DNA of 64,000 bases from Callorhinchus milii (taxonomy: Eukaryota), in NCBI RefSeq assembly GCF_018977255.1, contig NW_024704755.1:15810001-15874000 (forward strand). Reading direction: 5' to 3'. Each line of letters opens with the position of its first letter. The stretch's first letter is position 1. Positions 47,126-58,354 of this stretch are shown one piece after another. The notes below the pieces were generated by a model. It was not told the DNA's origin. It saw only the letters and a list, made by a program, of their open reading frames with translations, and made no database searches. Made by a program: the position numbers and the translations under genes.

Positions 47126-49826
47126 ATGTTGGCGAGTGTTGTGTTTCAGTGTCTGTCTCTCATGTGGATCATTCCTAAAGGTTTGTCCTTATCACAGTTT
47201 GCTGAAGAAGGACAAGGATAACGTTATTATTCTTGTCTTCCCGATTTGTAGAGTAAATCTCATCTCTAACTCACTCTGTGTTTATCTCTTTGTCGCAGTA
47301 CTTTTGTTTCAAAACAATGTTTGAATTTATTTCTGACAGTTGCTGACGGGACATCGATCCAAGTAACTCAACATCCCGAACACATCGCTATAAACACTGG
47401 TGAAAATGTGAAGTTCTCCTGTAACTTCCCCGACACCAGCATTATAACAACAAACTGGTGGAAGCAGGGAGAGAGTGAATACCTGAGAATTGATCACAAG
47501 AAACAATTTGGTCAGGAAAGTGCAGGAGAGGCTTCTCTCGAGCTCCTGGATGTGCGCCACCAGGATTCTGGAATCTATTACTGTGCAGCGGTGACTCCGG
47601 GAAAAACAACAGTAAATGGGACTGGGTCACATTTAACGGTATACGGTAAGTGTCGTTATAAGACTGAGAACTTAACTGTTATATATAATTGATCCGTCAT
47701 TTACATTCATGTAAATTAATTTAATCATTGTTGGGGGAGAATCTTAAAGCGCTTTACAAAGGCTGAGGGGCTGCCGGAGCTGAGACCGAGGTGGGAGGGG
47801 AGAGTGCCACAAGGACAGTCAAACTGGTGTGTCTTCAGGTGGGATTTGCGAGGAGAGAGGGAAGGGCGAGAAGGATAGATTTCGGGAAGGAAGTCTAGAC
47901 CTTCGGGTCAATACAAGAATATTCCCTGTGCACGAACGTTCCCTGAAACAAACACTCCGCTGACCAAAAATAACACTTTATAATAATTTATCATCTAAAA
48001 TATACTGGTTCTTATTATTCACCACAGTCTGTCGAGTGTAAGCTCAAACTCGTATGCATTACATTTCGTGTGCCATTTCTATGCCTAATCCACTCATCTG
48101 TCTACCTCTCGCTGAAGGCGCTTACAATCTTTTTGCAATAACCAAATGCAAGTTCTGCATTGTTATTTATTTTGTGAGTCTTGTAAACTTCGAAACTGTG
48201 CCCCATATACCATACTCTAGATCAAGTAATGTTGCGAAATATTATAGGTTAGTGGGAGTTGACTTAGAAAATTACACTAATAGCTGTTGAGTTTCATAAT
48301 TCACTTGATAGCTGTCGTGAGATATTATTGTGCACAAAATTGTCTGTCGCGTAGGAAAACAAATACACGCAATACACTTCATAGTTAAACCTGCGAAGCG
48401 ATTTGAGACGTGATAAAGCATTATATCAAAGGTTTTTATTGCAGTGCCCCCAATTCCTCTGAATATTTCGGACACAGAACCTCAAAGAGATCCTTCTGTG
48501 TTTCTGACTCTCGTGTGTAAAACGGCCGCGTTTTACCCGGAAAATCTCACCTTCACATGGTTTAAAAACGGCACAGAAATTACAACTGGGATACATACCA
48601 TTAAACGACAGAACACTGAGGGACTGTTTGAAGCTTCCAGCTCTGTGGAGGAGACACAGTCTGTCCAGAATGGGACAGTTTATACCTGTTGTGTGTCTCA
48701 CATCAGCCTCCAGACTCCGGGAATTCGCAACTACACCATTTGCACGGTTTACCTTCCTGACAAAGGTAGGAATACAGCAGTCTCAGTGTCAATTAGCGTT
48801 AACTGTCTTCACAAGAAAATTTTCTTCTTTTAATTCACACCGTGAACGACAGCCATATAATTTCCTTCATGTAAAATATAAACCACTTTCACCTTTTAAT
48901 GCATAACATTTGAATTGTTATGAATGCAAAGTATCACTTGCCCTTGAAAATATTCACAATTCAAATTTCAAACCTTTCATTTACAATATATTGTATTCAA
49001 GAATGCGAGTATGAAATATGAATTTCCACTCAATTTCTTAATTATTAGTAGATATTATGTCCTCTCTGTTTCCCCTCAGACCTGTCTTCAATATCGCCAT
49101 TATGTTAAATAACTTTTTTAAAATTATCTGCTCTCAGGCTTTTTACAATGACTCTTTTGTTCAAACTCAGTTCCCTGATCCCTGTGGAGCGGCATTGAGA
49201 CAGGAAGATATCTGTGCCGATGATGGTGCTCAGGAAACCTTGTTTCACCTTATAATGGCGCAGCACATTGGAGCGTTTTGACCCGCGATTACAGTTTGGC
49301 TGCACTTGGGAACTTTTAATAGATGTCTCTATCTAAATCCGTCTCCCTGCAAAATAACTGGCACCGATCTCCATACTGATAATAAATATATTCACCCACA
49401 AAATATAGAATCAATTCACTTTACAGTATATTCTGTGATGCGCTTTCGGAATTCTCGAAGAGTTGATGAGGCGCTAATATCAAATTCAAGGGTCAATATT
49501 ATCACTTACATTATTAGTTGAATCAGTGCAAAGGTTCGTTTTAACATATATTACAGGGAGTTGATGCTACTGAAAAGTTCAACATTAACCATGCGCAAAT
49601 ACTGTTCTGCACTGAATCCTAAATTGTTCCGCTCCTCAGTGTAGTCCATTTAATGGCAAAATTGTAGTTGAAAGAGATTATCTCACAACTCTCATTATTC
49701 TGTGTTTCCTCAGTAAAATTTAACGCACTCAGATATATTGAAATGTTTCGGTTTGGATTCAGCGCGGTGATAATATTACTCGTGGTCGTCTTCCTTGTGG
49801 ATTATTTCAAAATTAATCCTCTTTAA
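47126..49826 (+). CDS. Gene 4: activating-type V-C1-TM(Arg) receptor with very short tail, about 264 aa
   Basis: Leader 47126-47180, V 47340-47645, C1 48445-48765. TM exon 49714-49828 (tgtttcctcag acceptor, phase 1) reads VKFNALRYIEMFRFGFSAVIILLVVVFLVDYFKINPL*, with TAA at 49824-49826 and then AG|gtaag. Candidate 3' exon from 50243. Confidence 0.8.
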
Positions 49827-52800
49827 AGGTAAGACATTAATTGATTTGAGACCGCGCCATTGCTTTAATTTTAAAATATTACAAAATGTAGAATAACTGA
49901 CGGATCAAAAGTGAGAAAGTGAGTTGGTAAATAAACTGATGCAATGCTTTAGAGTGTGAAAATGAAGACATTGTATGCAGAAGCAATCATTGCTATGTGA
50001 TACACTTCCCGAAAATATCCAGAAGTCCTTTCTTTATAAGGTAATTAGTTTACAAAAACATGAGTATTTTCTTGTGAACAAATATTCGAGCCACCCCAAA
50101 ATATGTAAATATCATTTCATTGTTTGACTGATATAACCTTCAGCAAATTAAGATAGAAACGCCAATCCTAATGTGAACTCATGGTTTTTCTTCAATGTTC
50201 TGATCATGTATTGATTAAGGTTATCATTGTTTTCCTTCCAGATATCTGTGTTGCCCATGAGACTGATGTGCCAATCATCTAAAACATGTTTTCATAACGT
50301 TTTGCAATACATCTTTTCCTTTCAGATATTCGACGTACTAATATACTGTATCTGAAAAGCAAATGAAGCGCTAAAAAATGTATACGGAAACTCGAAATGT
50401 AACCGAATCCACGGCGATGGACAGTCCAGGGTTTGCACCCGCGCTGGTGGTGGAAGCGGAAGGGATTGGGGGCAAAAGATGACCGAAGTTGCATTGATAT
50501 CGCACTTCGATATGAAAAGTAGCAATTCGTGGAATCAAAATGGGAATAATTATTTAACAATATTGACAATTATTCCCTTGTTATAGGAACAAAAGACGAG
50601 TCATCATTGACTGCAGGAAAAGTGAAGAACCGAAAGAGAATCTACAGTGTATGTCCAAATGCAGCGCAGAAACTTAAATAATCTGTAATATACGGATAGA
50701 TAAATATTATCCTGGAGAACGCGTGTGCACATAAATTACTAAACAGTGCACGATAACTACTGCTGAAGTTGGATGTATTATATTTGCAGATTAATAAATA
50801 GAGAACTGTAATTGTAAAAAAAAACAAGAGATTCCCTTATACAGATAACCTTTATACTTTAATACTAGAAGGAATAGTTTAAGATTGTATCACCCAATCT
50901 TGCCCGGTCAGTGTGTCTGCACAGGACTTGGCTCAGAGCAGAATTAGAGTTGGATGAACCTCAGTGAATATGGTCCGACCCGAGATTGCGACAGGCTCCA
51001 ATAACACAGGAAATTGTAAATGCAGCCAGAAATACCGAGTGTGCTGAGGTCTATACGAGAAACCGCAGACGAGCTTCAGAGGCGATTTGCAGTCAAACAA
51101 CTGTCACGTAAATTCAAAACAGAGCCGATAAAGGCTGCGATTCGCTGCTTTGGATTCTTTTCATTCAGCAAAACAAACGCAGCGACAGGAATGCACCGTG
51201 TGCCGAAGGTGGGAAACAACAGGGAAGCAGGAGACGGCATCCACACAGCACTGAGGTTGTGCTGCAGCGACAGGCGCTGATTAATGGAGTACACCGATGT
51301 TAATTGTAATACCCAATTGTATAAAGTAATGTTCCTATCAGTTCCGTCTTGTAAGTTTATTAGAATGTTGCAGATAATTAGTCTTAATTGTTTTCGGATG
51401 TTTCTTGTAGATTTTACAACAGAATATTTCCCGATTGTAGCAATTACTATACCTAATTACCCCAAAAGCCATGTTGATCTAACAATGTGGCAAAATTGTA
51501 CCAGAGAATTGTTCAATTAAAAATATTCCGTACATCATAACACAAGACGATAATCAGTTTCTTTTTTTAAAAAAAAGCGTCGTGTTATCAAAATTTAATG
51601 GCGAACAATTATGGAAGAGAAATCTCCTTTACCTACGCTGACTCTTCCTAGTGATAACGTGATATACTTTATGGGAATCCTCGTTAACAAACAACGCGCA
51701 ATTCATCCACGGTACTGAAAAGATCCAGGTTGTGTTTTGGGGTCAGCCGGATGTCTGCGGAAATTTATCACCATGTTTAAGATTGTCCAATCCAAGCTGA
51801 GAATCATATGTGAACGATCTACAATACAGACATGTTGTTAAATAAAATACATAATCTTGCATTTTGTGTCAATCTGAACCTTCTTTCCTAAGGAGTTAAA
51901 CACAAACACTGTCGCTCGTTTCAGACAGATGCACCGTAAAATGTTTATTGTTTCACATCTGTATCGATTAGGAATGGTAATTGTCGTTATCCCCACTATC
52001 CCACTGTGGCTATGATTCACACTCTAGAGGCAGACTGGCATAACTCCTACTCGTGATCTCAAAAATAATGAGTTCATTTGATGGAGGAGCGGAGAGGGAG
52101 TCAATATAATGGTGAGGAGATTTTACATTACAGCGCCTTGAGTGTACATGAGCTGGAGCTCTAAAGTCAAGCTGACGCTATGGCAAATATAGCATCGTTT
52201 TATTTACAACTATTTAATGGCATCTTTTCTTGCGATAAATAGTTTGGTTTGTTCAAATTTGTCTCGCTGAAAGATACTCTTTACGATTAATAATAATAAT
52301 AATAATGATTCGTTTGAAGACTAAAAGGAAACATGTGCTCACACTGTTATGCAATAAAACAACGCGCCCATCACCAGGAATGGATTAAAGCTCGGCCACC
52401 GATGTTGGAAAGGAGGGGACGAGAACCCAACAGGAGCCCAGAGAGGAAACAGCTCGGAGCGCAGTGAGGGTCAGTCAGGGAATGAGTGGTTATGTAAACC
52501 AGTGAGAGGATCTTGAAGTCGATCCATTCTGTGATAAGGAGCCAGTGTCGCCTGGCAAGGCTTGGGGGGGGGGGGGGGGGGTGGTGATTCACAGTTTAAA
52601 TCTGTGCATTAATTATTGTTTTGAATGATAATATTGAGACTTCAGCACCTGTTAAGTCAATGTTGCTGTCATCGCAACATAGGGGCTGTCCTGAAGACAA
52701 TCCAGAAGAGGCGGGAGAGAGAAGCAACAAGAATCATCCCAATGGTTAGTGGAACGATCTATCAACAGGAATGGACAAGCTGTGCTCTCCAGACTTGTGA

Positions 52801-53016
52801 GAAGACGACTCATTCGGGTCTCTCGGGGTCTCACTAATATAACACCTTTCACATAAGGCGATTGTCTGAAAGCATTTTATAAAACCAGAGTTGGAGCCCA
52901 ACTGCGCCACAGGGACAGGAAGTCAACATCACTCTCACACATCTCATCTCAACTGATTGCAACCCCTTGTAACAGATCAGTGACCGCTTTAGGGTTTGTC
53001 TCAGTCAGAGATCAGA

Positions 53017-56000
53017 ATGTTGGCGAGTGTTGTGTTTCAGTGTCTGTCTCTCATGTGGATCATTCCTAAAGGTTTGTCCTTATTCAATGTCACAGTTTTC
53101 TCAAAAGAACAACTTACTCTGTGTTTATCTCTTTGTCGCAGTACGTTTTTTCAAAACAATATTTGAATTTATTTCTGACAGTTGCTGACGGGACATCGAT
53201 CCAAGTAAATCAACATCCAGAACACATCGGTATAAACACTGGTGAAAATGTGAAGTTGTCCTGTAACTTCTCCGACACCAAGATTATAAAAACAAAGTGG
53301 TGGAAGCAGGGAGAGAGTGAATACCTGACAAATGATCACAAGAAACAAACTGGTCACGATAGTGCAGGAGAGGCTTCTCTCGAGCTCCTGGATGTGCGCC
53401 ACCAGGATTCTGGAATCTATTACTGTGCAGCGGTGACTCCGGGAAATACAACAGTAAATGGGACTGGATCACATTTAACGGTATATGGTAAGTGTCGTTA
53501 TGACACTGAGAACTTAACTATTATATATATTCGATCCGTCATTTACATTCACGTAAAGTCTATCATTTTTGGGGAAGAATCTTAAAGCGCTTTACGAAGG
53601 CTGAGGGCTGCCGGAGCTGAGACCGAGCTGGGAGGGGAGAGTGGCCACAAGGAGAATCAAACTGGTGTGTCTTAAGGTGGGATTTGCGAGGAGAGAGGGA
53701 AGGGCGAGAAAAATGAGTTTCGGGAAAGAATTCTAGAACTTCGGGTCAACACCGCTGAACATTCCCTACGCAGACACCGCGCTGACCAAAAATAAAACTT
53801 GAGAATAATTTACCATCTAAAATATACTTGTTCTCCTTATTATTCACCATAAGCTGTAGACTGTAACCTCATATTCGTATGCATTGCATTTCGTGTGCCA
53901 TATCTCAGCCCAATCAACTAATCTATATTCGTCGCGCTGAAGGCGCTTACAATCTTTTTGCAATGACTAAGTGCAAATTTTTCATAGTTAGCTATTTTGT
54001 GATTCTTGTTAACTTGGAAATTGTGTGCCTTATAACCTGATCCAGATCATACATAAATGTCCAATATTATAGGTTAGTGGGAGCTGACTTTGACTGTTGC
54101 ATTGATAGCTGGTGAGTTTCATCGCTCACTTTAGAGGTACCGTGAAATATTTTTGTGCACAAAATTGCCCGTCACGGACGACAACACATACACGCAATAC
54201 ACTCCACAGTTAATCCTGCGGAACGAGTTGAGACGTGATAAAGCATTATATCAAAGGTTTTTATTGCAGTGCCCCCAATGCTTCTGAATATTTCGTACAA
54301 AGGACATCAAAGCGATCAATCTGTGATTCCGACTCTCGTGTGTGAAACGGCGGCGTTTTACCCCGAGAATCTCACCTTCACATGGTTTAAAGATGGTACA
54401 GAAATTACAACTGCGATAAATACCACTGAACGACAGAACGCGGAGGGACTGTATGAAGCTTCCAGCTCTGTGGAGAAGACACAGTCTGTCCAGAAGGGGA
54501 CAGTTTATACCTGTCGGGTGTCTCACATCAGCCTCCAGACTCCAGGAGTTCGCAACTTCACGGTATACCTTTCTGACAAAGGTAGGAATCCAACGGTGTC
54601 AGTGTTAATTAGCGTTAACCGTCTTTCACAAGAATATTTCCCTCTTTTAATTCAAACCGCGAACGTTAGCCATATAATTTACTTCATATAAAATATATAT
54701 CACTTTCACCTTTTAATGGATAACATTTGCCATTGAAAATATTAACAATTCAGATTTCAAATCTCTAATTTCCGATATATTGTAACCAATAATGCGAGTA
54801 TGAAATATGAATTTCCACCCCATTTCTTAATTATGAGTTGCTTAATGTCCCTTTTGTTTCCCTCAGACCTGTCTTCAATATCGCCATTATATCAACAATT
54901 TTAGTGAAATTATCTACTCTCAGGCTTTTCACAGTGATGCTTTTGTTCAAACTCAGTTCCCTGATCCCTGTGGAGCGGCAGTGAGACAGGAAGATATCTG
55001 TGCCGATGATGGTGATCAGGAAACCTTGTTTCACCTTATAATGGCGCAGCACATTGGAGTGTTTTGACCCGCGATTACAGTTTGGCTGCACTTGGGAACC
55101 TTTAATAGATGTCTCTATCTACAGCTGTCTCCCTGCAAAATAACTGCCACCGATCTCCTCACTGATTATAAATATATTCACCCATTTTTATTATTATTCC
55201 CTGGAGGTTTCATTGTCTACAGTTTTCTCTCCACAAAATAATAAACTTGTTTTCTCATCTCCCTTACATTTCAGTCAAAAATAATCGAATACTTTATTTT
55301 AATCCGATGGCGATGCAGGAGAAAAGTGAGATAAGACACCCCGGTCTCCATTTTTTATACATTGTTCTTCAATGGAAAAACATGACATCGTAATTTGTCC
55401 TAAAGCACTTTTTTTCAGGAAGATTGTGTAATTCCTGAAACTGTAAACCATTCGATCACAATGTGCAGTTTCACCCCTCATCTCCCGGTGTTCAGACCAA
55501 CAATCCCCCAAAACAAATGGCAAAGTACTCCAGATGCTGGAAATCTGAAGACAAATACAGAAGTCGCTGGGAACCCTCAGGCAGCGTCTGTGGAGAAAGG
55601 AAAGTGAGTCCAGTTCTGAGGAAGGGTCGTGGATCCGAAACGTTGACTCACTTTCCTTTCACCACAGACGCTGCCTGAGGGTTCCCAGCGCTTCTGTTAT
55701 TGTCCCCAAATCAAACTGTTGGCTGTGGGGCATTGCTGTGCAAATATTGGCTGCTGCGATCGCACAAAAATACAGAATTACAACATTTTACAGCACATCT
55801 CACGCTTTGAGACGCCTTGACAATGTGATAAGACGTGATATCAAATATATGGATCATTATATCATTATTATGATCTTATCTGTTGTGGAATAATCTCACT
55901 TTCACTTTCTATAGAATCGTTGCAAGTTCTGATGCTATGTACTTTACTGATTGTTGGATCTGTAGTGGGGCTGGCATGTTTGCTGCTTTTGGTATACTTT

Positions 56001-58354
56001 CGAAAGCGATCCAAATTAAAGAAAAAGAAAGGTAAGAATCAAATTATTTTGTTCCAGTTAATAATGAACGCTTGATTTTAGTACATGTAAGTGTGCAAGT
56101 GCTTGAGAGACTGTTTTTCATGGAAAAATCAACCTAGAAACTCTGGGGGTTCAATTGTTTTTCACTCTTTTCATTCTCCATTGGAGATTCAGTAAAAAAT
56201 TCAGTTATTGTATTTCATTCATTTTAGGGATACAAAGGAAACAGAATGATTCGGATCATCGTAGCCAGCAGGTAATAACTATCCCAAGCAGTGTTTCATA
56301 CCTAAAGGGTGATCGACAACATTGAACAGGATTGTGTTGTTTATAATTATATGAGGCTGTTTCTAAAATATTCCTTGCCTTATTGATGGCTTCACTATGT
56401 CATTGAAATTGGCTTCACACCAATAAGAGACAACAATGCAACACAGGCGACATAATATACAGGGCAAACAGTCTTGAGAAAACATTCCCATACATAAAGA
56501 AAAACGTTGAGAGTTGCAGTTTGTGATTTACAGGAAATGCAAAGAGGAGATGCTGAGAAGGTCACTTATATCACATTGGATTTGAAAGGTGCCAATAAAC
56601 TTTCAAGACCGAAACATCAAGAACACAAGAAAGGTTACGCAAAGGTACAGCTGAAAAGCATTACATCGACACATAGAATCATATTATCCTAACTGTCGTA
56701 GATAGATTGAAGCTCACGTGCTCTGTTTGGGGCACCTCACTTCAGGGAGGATGTTAATTGCCGCAGAGAAGATTTGCAAAGCGTGGTTTTTGTTCATTGG
56801 AGCTCGACAGTCGAGAGGGGATCTAATGAAAGTTTACCAAATTAGTAATGATTCTGACAGTGTATATAGAAAGAAACTACTCTTTGTTAAGGGAATCAGC
56901 AAATAGAGGACATGTATAAGATTGTCACAAGGAGCGAAACGAAGATTTAGCAGATTTTTTTCACACGAGGAGTTGTTTCGGTAAGGTGGTAGAAGTAGAT
57001 TCTATCATGAGTTTCAAGAGGAAAGTTGATGAAAGAGGATACATGAAATATATGCTTAACTGGCCTCCAGTTCGATTATACAGAACACCACAAACTTTTT
57101 TTTATTCGTGAGCCTTGACAGTGAGTGCAGCAAAATGGGCTACTCAATAGAGATCATGGTAGATTGGAAACTGCCCATGATTTCCACCCCCACACACTCC
57201 TTCAGCCACCCCCATACACACATCAATGGAGGATAAGTTTAATTACAGCTGTCAATCATGGATGGAGCCAGGTACATCTATAAAGCTTATGGCACGGAAC
57301 AGGTTTTATCAATTGTGCTATGGGAATAAACAAAGCGGAGCATCATATCGGTGTTTTCTATGATGTTTCTAAACTTTTTGCATAGAGAGTGAACTAACTA
57401 AATTAACAATCCTTCTCTTTCACAGACCAAGCAAGGGGTAGCCAGTAACAACCAGACGTATGCTACTCTTGATTTTTCTGACTCCAAGACAACACAAAAA
57501 ATGAATCGCAGTGTCGTAAATACAATGTATGCCGAGACACAGGTGAGGACGTACAGCAGATTAATCTAAAGGAAACTAAGACCTAATCACACAATTTTAC
57601 AAACCAATTCTTAGTATATTGGTTTATTCTCTGTCATAGACACACAGACCACTCTCAATAATATTGTTTTGCTAGTCCATCATCATTATTCCCAGAGGAA
57701 ACTACAGTTCAAGAATCATACAACCATGCCAGAGAAGAGAAATAGACCATTCTTCCCAAACCAAGCTGCGTGAATTTTTTTCAGACCAATTAACCCAATT
57801 TAAAACTTCCATTTGTTGCACAATTCATACAGATTTATCCTCTTTAAGAATTTGTCCTTCCTTTTTCTTGCTTAACATAGAATTCAAATTTCTTGCCCTT
57901 CCTTTGCATAAAATATTTTTCTACCACCAATCCTTCAATTTTCAATTTCCATGACTATCTTAAATTTATTCCCTCTACTAACTCATTGCTGTGTTTTTCT
58001 CCACAAAACCAAGTAAATGTAATTCTCCTCCTTGCTTCACAACCTCATGCCTTAACCTTTACCTGGAACTATACGTAGAAAACTGTCAGTAGTTTTTCAA
58101 AGTTGGACAAATGGATAAGCTAACAACGTTACCAAACATTGGCTTTACAGGGCAAGCAAGAGGCATCCGCTAACAAGCTGACATACGCTGCTTTAGAATT
58201 TTCTGCCTCCAAGAAAACAGGAAAACCTAAATACAATGACAAGAATACAGAGTATACCAAGATACCGGTGAGAAAACAGAAAGGAGCAATAGAGGCCATC
58301 TCGGTGGAACAGGATGCATATAATATTACAATAATAAGTTCAAAAGCTGAATAG
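53017..58354 (+). CDS. Gene 5: intact inhibitory-type V-C1-TM-ITIM/ITSM receptor, about 421 aa
   Basis: Leader 53017-53071, V 53182-53487, C1 54270-54581, TM 55915-56031 (ESLQVLMLCTLLIVGSVVGLACLLLLVYFRKRSK), cyt1 56228-56271, cyt2 56534-56644 (VTYITL), cyt4 57426-57542, cyt5 58151-58354 (LTYAAL, TEYTKI). Total 1266 nt open. The cyt3 exon is absent. Confidence 0.88.
55558..55696 (+). mobile_element. Penelope-derived hairpin insertion with hammerhead core in its loop (gene 5 C1-TM intron); homolog at 35547-35700 in gene 3
   Basis: Arms 55558-55610 and 55645-55696 are near-perfect inverted repeats; loop 55611-55644 contains CTGAGGA..GAAACGTT. Absent at the equivalent gene 1 site (about 8255). 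Confidence 0.75.

Noticed and set aside
49557-49625. Possible small exon or secreted-form exon before the gene 4 TM
   Set aside because: Immediate stop in phase 1 and no good donor; the acceptor at 49713 gives a clean in-frame TM exon without it.
50870-51300. CpG-containing unique segment with 72-86 aa ORFs after gene 4
   Set aside because: No domain similarity recognised and no consistent exon chain on either strand.
52564-52581. G18 run as a functional G-quadruplex
   Set aside because: It is an expansion of a short G run inside an L2 fragment (G6 in the paralog near 46670); no other support.
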